A DNA stretch of 64,000 nt. Source: Schizochytrium sp. TIO01. Taxonomy: Eukaryota; Protista; Bigyra: Labyrinthulomycetes. The notes under the pieces were generated by a model. It ran no database searches. It had not been told where the DNA came from and saw only the letters and a program-made list of their open reading frames with translations. This document shows positions 43,143 through 56,234 of this stretch, piece by piece. The stretch covers positions 682,001-746,000 of the forward strand of contig SMSO01000008.1 of assembly GCA_004764695.1 (NCBI GenBank), in the 5' to 3' direction. Both the position numbers and the translations under genes were made by a program. Position 1 is the first letter of the stretch. Each line of letters starts with the position of its first letter.

Positions 43143-44687
43143 CTCTGCTTGAAAGCGTCAGCTGCAACATCAGCAGAAATGGTCTTGAGGGCAAGTCGAG
43201 ATGGAGGAAGCAAAGACGGAGTTATCGAAAGCGAAAGATGGCGGATGGATGGGTCTGAGATTGATGGAGATGATGGAGATAAGAACTGAGCAATGCGCGC
43301 GGGTTGGAGGGAAGGGAAGGCAAGATGGGCTCTGATATAGTTTAAGAAAATATGCCTTGCTGGTTTGACGCATCTGCCTTAAACTTGACCATATTATGTC
43401 TCGTTGGCAAAATTAGATCCGACAGTTTTGCCTGGCTACATGAAGTCCATGGCACAGTTCAAGCGATAAACTAAGTTCTACAGATCAACTTTTGATAGTT
43501 GCAAAGCGGGAAAAGACGAAGCTAGAGCTCCTCCACGTTGGCATATATTTAAGGCTGTGAGCGATAGTATGATGCGAAAGATTTTCTGAGTTTCTTCGAA
43601 AACCACCGTTTTTTAGCCGTGTCTGTAACTCTTACTCTTCCTAGAAACCTTTGACGACCCTCGAAACAAATTGATTGTGCACAGGAACTAACTTCTTGCT
43701 ATCTCGTTTGAGTTCGACTTTTTAGCCCAAGATAAGATACGAGAGATAGCTTAAACATAAACATAAACTCCTACAACATGAAGGTCCTACTTCCAGGGGA
43801 TACACCAATTAGCTGATCAGGCATTTCTTAATGTGAATTGAGATCAAATTCAGTTTAAGCTCAGCTCTGCAATTCGGGTTCGCCTGACTCAAGTGACATT
43901 TCTAAATGAGCTTCTGGTTTGCCTTCCTTTTTCAGCTCCAAAGGAAGTACAGCCCAGCAGCAAGTCATGATCTTGATAAGAAAGCATCTGCTTCTTCTTA
44001 ATGGTTCACTTTCATGATGGTTGTCAATACCCACTTGCAAGAAACCCCCCTTTCATGACGTCTCGGTGAAGCTCCTCTGCCGAGCAATCCCTCAAGCTCA
44101 TCACGCAGCCTCTTGTCATGCATTCGTGCATTCACAACCCGTTCTCGCCTCTCACATTTGGTCCCTCGCGTCGTAGTCGTAGTTGCAATTGCAATGGTCT
44201 CTCCTTTTTTATTATTATTATTTTTATTTTTTTTAGTCCTTTCGTCCCGCCGCGTCCGCAGATTAAGAGTCTCTCCGAGGCATAGTGCTTACTAGCACAA
44301 CCTTAGAAAGTTCCAGAGAGCGCGAACGACTCCTTAGCTTAGTCGCGGTCATCTGAGTGCTAGGCCGGATAGTCCATTGTAGAAAAAGGCCTCTACAGTG
44401 GGTTATAGTATAAGCGACATTGAGAGGCGCTTGTATAGTTGATAGTGTTGGGCGCCACAAGTGGAGTATTGACGCTCAGAAGTGGAGAATTGTTTATTTG
44501 ACTTTGACTTCTTAGTTTTGGAGTCTACTTTCTACGAATATATTTTTGGCCGCCAAAATCGATCGATCGATCGATCGATCGAGGCATCAAGGAGCGGCGC
44601 TCGGAGGCGTGCGCTCGGAGGCGCTAGCTGAGGCTCGCGGAAATCTTGATCGTAGCCCGGTAGAGCTGGGGCCGGCGGGAAGGCAAA

Positions 44688-46496
44688 ATGCCGACGCCTT
44701 CGTCTTCGAAAAGGCGTGATGGCGCCAAAGTGCTTGACAAGGGCAGCAAAGATGGCGGCGTCTCCGCGGGCTTTTGGGGCCTCGTGAAGGTGTTCATCCT
44801 GCTGATCGCAATGGGAGCGCTTGTGGTGAACATTTGGGTTGTCAGGCACCTCCGCAGCACCTTCACTGAGACTCATGCAAACATGCGAGGCGGTGAGGAT
44901 GGCGGAAATGGCGGTGATGAAGACGTTCCTGCAGATACCATGACCGACTTCGAGTCCAAGAGATCCTTTGACTCTCAACGTGTCATGGACATCCTCATGC
45001 TACTTGAGAAGTCCGAGCGCGAGATTAAGCCTCCTTCCACCACGCAAAAGGTCGTGGCTGTCGGAATTAAGTTTATTCTCAAGCGTGACTTTGACATCTG
45101 GGACTACACATTTCACAAAGCGCACCATGAGATCGTCCAGACTACTAAACAAGATCTTCAAGCCGGAAAATTTAGTGACTGGACTGTGATGAAGTGTCTT
45201 GATCTTTTCGACGGTAAGTCTCATTGCATTGAGCCTGCAGACCTTCCAGGTCTCAAACGTTACCAGCGAGTTTCGCGTCTTTATGGTCTGCGTAAGACCT
45301 TATGGAACAAGGATAGATTCTGCGATACGATGGCCACAGCCATTCGTGGATTTCCTATTCAGCGTGAGTTTGTCTTCCCTTGCTGGGTTCTCCCTGCAGA
45401 TTTCCAGTATCTGATTCCGGAAGCCAAGACCATGTACATCAACAGCTCCTTCATTCTCAAGCCCACCGATCGTGGTGAGGGTAATGGTATTATTGTTATG
45501 GACAACTGGCGGCAGTTGGCCAACTGGAAGAGCAAGTTTCCTGAGTCTGATGAGATTGTCGTGCAGACTTATCTGCCCAACCCCTTTCTGATTAACCAGC
45601 GTAAGTGGGATATGCGCACCTACGTCCTCGTGACGTCCATCTCTCCGCTTCGTGTGTACATGTACCGTGATGGTCTCGTCCGTTTCGCTTCCTCCAAGTA
45701 TGAGAAGGATGCCAAGGCCGGTGGTAAGGCAACATCTTTCTTGACAAACACATCCGTCAACAAAAAGGCTGGTGTAGCCGTCGAGGATCTTACATGGCCT
45801 TTCCCCCAGGTGTACACCTATCTCAAGAACACTGGTATTGACCCAGACGAGCTCTGGGAGCGCATTGAGCGTGCTGTGGTGCAGACCCTTCTTAGTGCAG
45901 AGCCTGCTTTCGTGAAACAGTTCAAGAAGCTTCAGAATGACTTTACCTGCGTCAACTGCTACCAGCTTCTTGGTGTTGACGTCATCGTTGACGACGACCT
46001 CACCCCCCGTATCATTGAGGTCAACGGTGAGCCTTCGATGCAACAGTCTGGTGAGGCTCACTCTCAGTACGATTTCACGAAGCGCTCCATGACTCGTGAT
46101 CTTGTGCACATTCTGTACAGTCGTGACTCTTTCTCTCGCGCCCTCGCCAAGGACTTGACCGACCTTGAGCTAAGTGGCTACCAGGTTGGCTACCAGGCAA
46201 TTGGTTGCTCAACCACAGATGACATCTGCCTGCGCCCCATGGACCTTGAGTACCTTCTTGAGTCCAAAAAGGAGCAACAGAACATTGGTGGCTTCCGTCG
46301 TATGTACCCCCACCACAAGGGCGCCTTCTACACGGACTTCATCAACCACTTGGAGACAAAGTTCCCGTATGGATCTCTCACCGGTACCTTCAAGATTCAC
46401 AAGATGGTCACCGCCCTCCAGCGTGTATCGGTCGTTAAGTCTCACAATCATCAGCTCGATGCCATCTACAAGCCTGGTGAGTCTGAGGAGCCTTAA
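44688..46496 (+). CDS. Tubulin-tyrosine-ligase-family (TTLL, ATP-grasp) enzyme with N-terminal transmembrane anchor
   Basis: FILKP..GEGNGI, VVQTYLPNPFLI..RKWDMRTYVLVTS..PLRVYMY.DGLVRFA, LTNTSVNK, CYQLLGVDVIVD...P.IIEVNGEPS; TM helix FWGLVKVFILLIAMGALVVNIWVV. Confidence 0.88.
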   Translation: MPTPSSSKRRDGAKVLDKGSKDGGVSAGFWGLVKVFILLIAMGALVVNIWVVRHLRSTFTETHANMRGGEDGGNGGDEDVPADTMTDFESKRSFDSQRVMDILMLLEKSEREIKPPSTTQKVVAVGIKFILKRDFDIWDYTFHKAHHEIVQTTKQDLQAGKFSDWTVMKCLDLFDGKSHCIEPADLPGLKRYQRVSRLYGLRKTLWNKDRFCDTMATAIRGFPIQREFVFPCWVLPADFQYLIPEAKTMYINSSFILKPTDRGEGNGIIVMDNWRQLANWKSKFPESDEIVVQTYLPNPFLINQRKWDMRTYVLVTSISPLRVYMYRDGLVRFASSKYEKDAKAGGKATSFLTNTSVNKKAGVAVEDLTWPFPQVYTYLKNTGIDPDELWERIERAVVQTLLSAEPAFVKQFKKLQNDFTCVNCYQLLGVDVIVDDDLTPRIIEVNGEPSMQQSGEAHSQYDFTKRSMTRDLVHILYSRDSFSRALAKDLTDLELSGYQVGYQAIGCSTTDDICLRPMDLEYLLESKKEQQNIGGFRRMYPHHKGAFYTDFINHLETKFPYGSLTGTFKIHKMVTALQRVSVVKSHNHQLDAIYKPGESEEP

Positions 46497-48004
46497 AAAG
46501 AGGGTTACCCAAAACAAAGAACAGAAGACAAGGTGGTGCTTTCCTAGCATCGCTTCTTGCTTCTCCTCTTTTATCCTTATCGTTTCTTCTTTGGGAGTTT
46601 TACGGTGTGACTACCGTCGTTACCGCGTTTTGTTCATGGTAGCGGTAGTTGTGATTGGTTTGCTCGTTCAGAAGTGCCTACTCGTTTGATTGAGCGTAGT
46701 ACGTGCACTTGAGCTTCCAGTACTTCTCTCATGGTCCTTTTCAAAATTAAATTTTGTCAGTGGTTTAAGTCACCAAAACAAGATATATGCATGTAGGTTC
46801 CTGTGTTGAGCTTTGAATCTTCTCTTTTAATACTTCATCCTCAGAAACCCCACGTTCTGCGCTTTAAAGGAGAGAATCAAGATTAAATTCAGCCAAGACC
46901 CTACTTACAACAGCATCAAGAAGATAAGAAGATGAAGCAGAGAAATCAAGCAACATGATGAAGTTTACCAATGAGTAAGCACTTTTCTTTAATGAGGTTG
47001 CAGCTGCACTTTGATACCACTGCTACATACAATAAGATCGCTGCATCTTCTTTACACGCCAAATTTCTCTCCCCTTTTCTACCCCTCCATCTTGAAACAT
47101 CTCACAGGCTCGCAGCCAATGTCTATGAAATCATATTTTCTTCTTTTTACTTCTAGTGCTTTATGTTTTGCTAACATGACTTGATTTTTCAGAAGGCTTT
47201 CTGTGCAACGCATCCTATTTCTGAAATTCTTTGCTAGGCGGCCATAATCTGATGTCAGTCCAAGAAAAAAAAAAAAAAAAAAAGGTCTTCTTTTTCATGA
47301 TTTACTTTTTCGAAGGCAATAAACATGCAAGACACTATATACATATATATATATATATAGATGATGCTAACAGAATATGGCAACTAGGCTGATTTTTTCA
47401 TCATTTCTCTTCTCTTTTTTTTTTTCTTTTTTTTTAAACAGCAAGGCCCTACCCGTTGAACCCAGGAGGCGTAGATGTGCACGGGGAATTTCAGTGTCAA
47501 CCAAATCATCTAATAATGTCCATAAATGAATAAATGTACTCCTCAGCTATTTTTCTCTTGCTTGTTTACTTGATATATATAAATAGAAAAGGTCGCCACG
47601 CATATCAGGTCATCTTCCGCAATGCGTTCTGATCATGCCGATGGCAAGTACAAATCGGTTGCTTATTAGGTCGGAACCGCACCTACTAGTCAGTGTTAGG
47701 CGCTACGAAGCGTGCCTTGTATCCAAATTCACGATAAATGACAGGTACATTAGTTGGAAAGAAGAGCCAAATTAGCCGAGTCCGCGCTATGTTGCTTCTG
47801 CAAATGCGAGTATATCGGAGCGATTTTGTTGGCCACACAGGGCGGGAAGACATGGGAAGACATAACGCAGGAAAGACCCCCAAAGTCAAGCTCATTGGAC
47901 GGTATTGGTGTTTGCCCCTCTCAGTGCAACTGTTTAATTTGTAAGACCCGCCCCCTCCCCCCAAAAAAAGAAAAAAGAGTAAGTTCTCTACTAGCCTCAG
48001 GATT

Positions 48005-49519
48005 TTAGAGCTGCATGCGGGGCCCTGCGTAAGCTTCCTTACGAAGCACCAGAGTGGGTGAACGCATGAAACCCTCATAGCTAGCTGTGCTTGCAGAGCG
48101 CGGAATGTTTGCAGGAGAGTGGTTGGGGTCTGGCGTGCCATATGACACGGTGGCTGCTGACTGGTTGAGAATGGGGCCAGCAGAAATAACACTGCCATTA
48201 CCCTTTGACAAGGGCAAGACATCATATTCCATATCATCGTCAGGTTCATCAGCAAACCATTTGCGGCAGGTGAAGTGCAGGATAACATTGGAAACAAGAC
48301 CGAAGGCAATACCATTCGGGATAGAGAACGTAAATGGCATGATGGACAAGGTGAGGAAAGCCGGTACAGCAATTCGCATCTGTTTCCAGTCAATCTCAGA
48401 AGCTTGGCCCATCATGGAGGCACCGATAAGAATGACGACAGGGGCAGTGGCCTCCTGCGGGATACTTCCGAGGAGCGGCGCAAAGAAGAGACTCAGAAGG
48501 AACCAACATCCAATTACACACGCTGTGAGACCTGTGCGGCCACCCTCTTTGATACCTGCGGCGCTCTCGATGTGAACAATGATAGGACTGCAACCAAGAA
48601 CCGCGGCGACCATTGTGGCAAAACCAGCCGCGAAGAAAACCCATTCGGACTTTGGCACTGTGACGTGACCATTGTCTTCCTCGTGATGAAGGCCTGCGAG
48701 GTGAGCAAGGCCGAACATGACGCCAGAAACATCGAAGACGCCGACGAGCAAGAACGCAAGGATACCAGGAGTGTAGGTGCCGACATCGTCTGCTACAAGA
48801 TCAAGACGAGTAGCCTCTTTGTAAGCTGGGGACTGCTCCATGGGAAATTTGAGAATGTGTTCAGGCCACTCATTACGAATTGCCCACATGATCACGGTGA
48901 TGAGCATGATACCCACAACAACTCCTCCACGGATCTGATGATGCTGCAAGGTGGCCTGAAGCAGGAGTCCCGCCAGCGAAATCCACAGTTCTGGTCTATC
49001 CAGAGGGCCCAATTTGACGAGACTATCGTCGCTGGCAGCCACCACAAGTTCAATAGTCTGCATTCCAATAAAGGTCAGAAGGAGACCCATGCCAATGACT
49101 GTGGCAATCTTGATGGTCACAGGAATGAACCTCATGGCCATGTTGCTCATGTGCGAGACTGCTAGTAGCGACATAATGAGACCTGCTACAAATGCACTAG
49201 TCAGTGCTCCTTCCCATGGAATTCCCTTACCCTTGATGAGACCATAACTGAGATACGCACTCAAACCCAGTCCTGGTGCGAGCCCAAATGGCAAATTTGC
49301 AAAGTAGCCAACGATGAACGAGCCCAGGGCAGAGGCGACAGCAGTCCCAATAACCACATCTGTAGGCTCTAGACCCGTGTGGGGCTTGCCAAGAATCTCT
49401 GCGTTCAGGAGCAGGATGTACGCCATCGTCAGAAACGTTGCAGTTCCCGCGCGAAACTCGGCCCGTGCATTTGTGCCGCGCTCGCGCAGTTTGAAGGTCT
49501 CGTCGAGCCAGCCTCCCAT
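48005..49519 (-). CDS. AzgA/AZG-type adenine/guanine/hypoxanthine permease (NCS2-related)
   Basis: FKLRERGT..EFRAGTATFLTMAYI, NLPFGLAPGLGL, IESAAGIKEGGRTGLTA, AVPAFLT..MPFTFSIPNGI. First ATG is at 49519. Confidence 0.93.
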   Translation of the reverse strand: MGGWLDETFKLRERGTNARAEFRAGTATFLTMAYILLLNAEILGKPHTGLEPTDVVIGTAVASALGSFIVGYFANLPFGLAPGLGLSAYLSYGLIKGKGIPWEGALTSAFVAGLIMSLLAVSHMSNMAMRFIPVTIKIATVIGMGLLLTFIGMQTIELVVAASDDSLVKLGPLDRPELWISLAGLLLQATLQHHQIRGGVVVGIMLITVIMWAIRNEWPEHILKFPMEQSPAYKEATRLDLVADDVGTYTPGILAFLLVGVFDVSGVMFGLAHLAGLHHEEDNGHVTVPKSEWVFFAAGFATMVAAVLGCSPIIVHIESAAGIKEGGRTGLTACVIGCWFLLSLFFAPLLGSIPQEATAPVVILIGASMMGQASEIDWKQMRIAVPAFLTLSIMPFTFSIPNGIAFGLVSNVILHFTCRKWFADEPDDDMEYDVLPLSKGNGSVISAGPILNQSAATVSYGTPDPNHSPANIPRSASTASYEGFMRSPTLVLRKEAYAGPRMQL

Positions 49520-50941
49520 GTTTGATAGAAAAATGCAGCAGCTGAAGAAGATATGACGATGAAAACGAGGAGTTCCGAGCTTCGCCAACGGCTGCGACTG
49601 GAAACTACCGGGCGAGCGAGTTACCCGACAAGGGCGCCAGCGAGGGACGTGGCGGCAGGATCTTCGGTCCCTAGGGGTCTGCGGCGCCAGGAAGAGCGCA
49701 GCTCTTGCTCGTTGGCCTTTTCGTGTCGGTCTCTCTTCGATTGCAGTTTGTTCGTCTGTTTATTCGACTTCGTGTGTTTCGTTTTTACTTTACATTCAAT
49801 AAAACCTCAATGACTCTTTTTTTCCTTTTTCATTACCCACTACCATTACTGCTATGTACCTCCTAGCCAGCTATGTTTTAAAAACTATTTCTCCTTCTTA
49901 AACTCCAAATATGGTGACCGTGACACTTTCTTTTAATGTTTTTTCAATGATTGAAAAAATACTTTTTTTTAATTAAGAAAAATTATCTTTTTATTTTTTT
50001 TGCCTTGCTTTCTAAAAAAAATAAATTCATGAATAAATTAATGGACAAATAGCGAAAACAATAATAGCCGTTAGTAGTAGGCTACAATTATATTAATTAT
50101 CTAATTATTAACGAAACTTGAAATCCTCGCTTGCCGAAGGAGTGCTTAGTAGGCAGTAGGAAGCTACTAGGAGCAGCAGGTAGTACCTAGCGTTGCTGTT
50201 TTGGTCCACTCAGTATCTCCTGTCATCGAAGGCTTCAGACATCGCTTTGACTGTCTTGCTTTCACTCCCGCTCTCTCGCGGACCTTACTGACCAGCTCTG
50301 AGCTCGCGGGTTCCTCTCGTGGGTTCCTTTCATCCCCAGTTCTTCAAGTTCGTTCGCTGTTTTAGTTGTTAGTGCTGTTGTTGTTGTTGTTGTTATGGTT
50401 CGAGGGTTCAGGTCTTTCGATTCCTTCATTCTTTCATTCTTTCTTTCACACTTACTTTGTTTCGGGTTCGCGCGATCTTGAAACCCGTCTTTCAATCAAT
50501 CAATCAATCAATCAATCGATCGATCGATCGATCAATCAATCGATCAATCAAATCGATCCATTCGTCAATCAAATCGACCAAACGAACAAGCAACCGATAC
50601 TCTAATAAGAAGCCCCAACGCAGAGCAGTTCAATTCTGCTTCGGGTTCTTTGCACGAGCGTTGACGGTTTTGGACCACCCTCTAATGGTTTTCGAGGCCG
50701 TTGTCGTCGTTGTTGCTAACCTTCAGCAGCTTCTTCTCTATAAACCTTATTCATTCATTCATTCATTCATCCGTTCATCATTCATTCATTGATGGCGAAG
50801 CGGAATGGAGAATGAATCGTTGGGAATGGTCAGTAAGACCCAAAAAGAAGAACAAGAAGAAGAAGATAGTCGCGCGAAATAATTCATCGCCATTTATTTG
50901 CCACGACGGCTCCGCCTCTCATTGCAGAGCCTACATTTCAC

Positions 50942-51009
50942 TCAAGTTATCTTCAAGCTATCTTCAAGTTTTGTCTTCAAGTTGTCTTCAAGTCGTCTTC
51001 AAGCTGTCT
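50942..51009. repeat. ~6 degenerate copies of an ~11-bp unit (tcttcaagytr)
   Basis: ctcaagttatcttcaagctatcttcaagttttgtcttcaagttgtcttcaagtcgtcttcaagctgtct. Confidence 0.8.
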
Positions 51010-51964
51010 GCGATTTATCGTCGTTCACGCACCTAGACCCGCGTGCTTCAGATGTCTTCGTCTGTGCAGAACTCGAGGTCCGCTCAAGAGCAAACCCTCT
51101 AAGGAAGAAGCGTCTTGCCACGACAAAGGCAAACGCAATCGAACTGTTCACGGTCGCACGAGAGACCGTCTAGAAATCGACGTTTGTCCTCAGCGATGAA
51201 CCCAAAATTTGGCGTTTTGGTCGTCGTTTCTCACGGTGCATCTCAATCGTTGGAGAGGTCGAAGTTTCCAACGTTTTGCTGAAAGTTATAGAGGTTCATG
51301 GTGAATACGGGTCCTGCTGAAAGCAACAGCAAATGCATTCGCGCTGCCAATGCGGTCTCGAGCCAAGTCAACAGTCTGCAGCTAAAATGCAGAAGCCATC
51401 GTCGTCGATCGCGGGAAGCACAGGGATGTGAAGGAAAGGAAAGCTTCTTAGCTCGCACAGCGGATACAACAAACAACCCCAATTCATGCGTTGAACCATC
51501 CATCGAAAGAAAGCACTCCCATTTCTTACGTGCAAACTATCTATGTATGTATGTATGAATGTATGTACCTATGAACCTATGAATGAATGAACCTATGAAT
51601 GAATGAATGAATGAATGAATGAGAGAATGCACGCCCAAAGAGGCAGGTTCTTCAGATTTCCGGTAAACCCTCAATTCTCCAAATCGCTCGTAAACATAGC
51701 CACCAAAGGACCAAGACCTGAACAGCCCTTCTCGAGCAACGTGTAGGCCTCCAAGCTATCACTACCTCTTGCCAACGACGTCGCCAAACTCTACAGAACT
51801 CAGATCGATCGATCGATCGATCGATGCTGTGTTTGTCTATCTTGTGCTTTCCTCTTCTCGCGTTTTATTATTATGACCACCATCTTTTTTCTTTCTTTTC
51901 TTCTTTTTCTTTTTTAACTTGAATAAGTTATCTCTTTGGGTAAAAAATGATATCATCAAATGAT

Positions 51965-52682
<718 letters not shown>

Positions 52683-53567
52683 TAAACAAAGAAAGTGCCT
52701 CCAAGGGACTTAGCAGTAGTCCATAACCACGAGTAGTGTCATGAACCTACCAAACTAAAACTATAAATTACGTACTTATTACAAATAGATAAACTTTAGT
52801 GATTTCTTCAGAAAAAAAATAATTTTAAAAAAAAATAAAAAATGAAGAAATGAACGAATGAACGAATGAATGAATGAATGAATGAATGAATAAAATAAGC
52901 GAGGAAGAGCACAAGTCGGAGGATGGAGGCGGCTGAAGCTGCTGCGCGGCGGCTTCGAAGGGGGGAAAGAAAAGGGAGGCTCAGGGAGGTCTCGCGGCTG
53001 CCTCCGCCCTGCTGCGGCCGGTCTCCAGGGTGCTGGCGCGGCGGCTTTGGCCACAAAGGTGGGTTCGAGGGCGCGGTTTTTGGGTGGCGGCCAGAGATCT
53101 TCCGCCCCCTCTCGGCTCAAGTCTTGAGAGGCGCGCGAAGGACCACTGCGGGAGGGCTGTGTGGAGGCTCTCCTCTGGGAGCACAGACCGCATTTGGGGA
53201 AGCGGTGGTGAGGAGTGCGGTGTAGCTGTGGGCAGTGGGGGGAGAGGAACACTGTGGAGAAGAGCCCTCTGAGAGGAAATCAAAGGCCGCCGGTACGAGC
53301 AAAGCGCCCGAAAAGCTCTCGATCGAAGCTTTTGCCAACTCATTGCATGGTCAAAGACATGGCCAGAAACGCACGCAAAGGCACTCGAAAGGAGCCAAAG
53401 ACGGCATTGAAGATAGCAGAAGAACATAAACTTCAGCCTAGCCAGAGGACCTTGGTGCTTGGACGTGGACGGAGAACTGGCGTACGAGGTGGGGTGTGTG
53501 GAAAGGCTCTTTTTCAAGGCGCTCCCGTTCACGGCAGCTTTTGATTGCTTCTGTGACATCACGATTT

Positions 53568-53791
53568 GCCATGAATTACTGTTTTATGAAATGACTGCTT
53601 CGCTTATAAGTTTTGTCGGAAATGCCATGAATTCTAGTTTAATCGAATGAATGTTTCGCTCAACAGTTTTGTCGGAAATGCCATGAATTCTGGATTTATG
53701 AAATGAATGCTTCGCTCGAAAGTTTCGTCGGAAATGCCATAAATTCTAGTTTAATCAAATGAATGCTTCGCTCAAAAGTTTCGTCGGAAAT
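53568..53791. repeat. Minisatellite, 4 x 56 bp, with alternating (ABAB) unit types
   Basis: Units start gccat at 53568, 53624, 53680 and 53736, and each ends gtcggaaat. Confidence 0.92.
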
Positions 53792-55628
53792 GGTGGGATC
53801 CATTCAAGCTCGAGCTCGAGCTCGGCCGGTGTCTGCAGCACAAGAACAATCGCGTTGGAGAAGTCGAGACTCGCGACCGACCGCTCGTACGCAGAAGACG
53901 TTGAGGGCCACGAAACTGCCGCTTGAGATGCTGCCCAAATTTCTTGCGCAGCACAGGAATTGCAAGCGTTCAGGACGTAACCTGAGGATTGGCGTCAGCA
54001 ATTGCAGAGCTTTCAGCCCGCGATGAAGAATAGTCCTCTCCACAGAAAGTAGGCACCGAAGCTTCAACGCAAACTCAAGTTCGACTTGTGCAGCATTGGC
54101 TGGAGCTGCTCGTTCTCCACTTCGGTAGCTGTCTAGCTAGCTTGTCGGTGATCGAAATTGGAAGCCAAGCTTGCCCGAGGATGATGGCGATGGATTGGCG
54201 TGACGGTGACGGCGACGGCGAACTTGAGGACAATCCTGCTGCTTGACGCGAGGTCCCCGTCAAGGCGGCCTCTGCCGTGGAGCTTGGAAAGGTGACGTAC
54301 ATACAGTGCAATAGAATTAAGTAGGATCATACGAAGCGTCCATGTCTGTTCGACTACGCCACGAACAAGTTTGTACGGAATTGCCCTCAAAAGCTGACCG
54401 ACCGTGGACTTCTTGCTCTCAAACTCTGACGTGCCTAAGCTTGCCCACTTGGTCAGCGCGATTGCTCAAAACGGGCCCTGCCGTTTGCAGCACAGTGGTA
54501 TCGCATCGCCAAGCTTTGCCGAGCGTGAATAAGTAGGCACCTCCAGCTCTCGAGCGGCACGTGCGAGTAGGTACGTACCGGCTCACAACTGTAGCAGAAC
54601 CATAGAGACAGCGCCAGCTAGCTCTAGAGAGGCGATATCAGGGGGGGGGGGCAAGGGGAATGAACGAAGATCGTGAACACAACGAAGATATTGAATCATT
54701 TGGAGTAGAAGTCAGGATTTGGAGACTTGGCGTATGAAAAAAGTTGGAGGACATCGAAGAACGCCGGCTGACGTCACCAAAGGCGTGTGCATGGTTGCTG
54801 AGAGCTCGAGCACGAATCAAGAATGAACTCAGCGAGAGTTTCATCTGCTTCCTGCTCGGAGCTTTCAATGCGGTGAGCAGGAATCGAATAGCGCAAGCGT
54901 TCTCGTTCTCGTAGACAGGAGAACGTGTAGAGAAGCTACGCATTTGTATGGTATATAGATATAGGATTGGGTACGCGGGGCGGTCGTAGTAGAAGAACTT
55001 AATTGTCATATGTATCACGTGAGGCAGTGCCAGGAAGAAGAAAGAATCAAATTTGAGGGGCGATGGTCTTGCCTGGCTCGAGGATAATTTTAAAGAGGCC
55101 TCAATTCAGACAAACGAATGAGTGAAAAGGGGTCTGCTAGCTACAAACAAACAGAGAGTAAATAAAGCGTACACAAATCTCGAGAGTGCAAAATGAAAGT
55201 GGAGGGGTACGTGGGTGTGGTTGAAGGCACGGGCGAGAAGGACAGCAGCATAAAGTAAAGAAATGAAAACGTAAGAACCAGGATAAGCGAGCGGAATCAT
55301 GACCAAGATGTCAAACCACGGCACGCATAAAAGAGTTAACAGTCACAAATAACGACCCTCTGAAAGCAGAAAGCTTGCTTCGTCAAATAGAGGTGATCGT
55401 CTGGAGAAGGAAGGTAGGACCAATAATGACAACGATAGAACCATGTAAGGAAAGCAGTTGCGAAACAAAAGTAGTAACGCCATCTTCGACATAACCTGTC
55501 AAAAAAAAAAACGTTATCTATTTTTCATTTCCCATGCCATCCCATTGAATCCAGGTGTCTGCCCTATCTCCAAAGCCATAATAGTAGACACGCCCATGAA
55601 AAGACGAATCCACCGCAGGGATTAGTTT

Positions 55629-56234
55629 TTAGCAGTAGTTGGAGTTGCGACCGTTACGCTTACGCAAGTACTCCGAGTACGCAGCGTCATCAGATGAGGA
55701 GCCAACCTCGTCATCACAGTCTTGCTCGTAGCGCCGGCGAGCATTCTCTGTCTTTGTAGTCAGATTCCTAGAATGCAGAGAAAGACGTGCCTCGTCGCGC
55801 ACGTGCATGGTGACTAAAGATCTTGGAGGATCAATGGCGGAGAGGCCTGTAGATGCAGTAGAGAAACTGCTGCTTTTACGGCCGCGAGGGTTGATGATGT
55901 CAAAGTCGCCATCATCAACATAGTTGGAGACCGCGCGGTGCTCAGATGCGCTCCTGCGCTTGGCACTGTTAGGAATCCGCCTGTAGCCGCGCTCCTCAAG
56001 AGGCCTTGTGGAGCTGAGTTCATCATCAGAGCAGTATCCATCTGGCGCTTTGTTCGATTTGACCTGGTTCTTGAAAAAACCTACGAGCCTTGAAGATCTA
56101 CGTTTCCAGGCATCTCGGGTCAGCGAAGCTCGCTTGGCTACTGCCTGTCTCGTCGATGAGGTGCGCCTCGACACTGATTTACGAAAGGAGTACCTTCTTG
56201 ACGAAGCTTGCGAAGCTGTTTCCATGTAGTCCAT
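55629..56234 (-). CDS. Hypothetical Ser/Arg-rich disordered protein
   Basis: ATG-started 201-aa ORF with coding-like composition and many RRxS/RKxS motifs; no domain recognised. Confidence 0.6.
   Translation of the reverse strand: MDYMETASQASSRRYSFRKSVSRRTSSTRQAVAKRASLTRDAWKRRSSRLVGFFKNQVKSNKAPDGYCSDDELSSTRPLEERGYRRIPNSAKRRSASEHRAVSNYVDDGDFDIINPRGRKSSSFSTASTGLSAIDPPRSLVTMHVRDEARLSLHSRNLTTKTENARRRYEQDCDDEVGSSSDDAAYSEYLRKRNGRNSNYC

Noticed and set aside
47686-48393. 235-aa alternative-frame ORF overlapping the permease 3' end
   Set aside because: Runs through UTR-like low-complexity DNA with no recognisable domain; the permease frame is complete.
53568-53791. CRISPR-like array or LRR-coding repeat (reverse strand reads ISDETFERSIHLIKLEF)
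   Set aside because: No unique spacers and no cas genes; the 56-bp unit is not a multiple of 3, so no continuous repeat protein.
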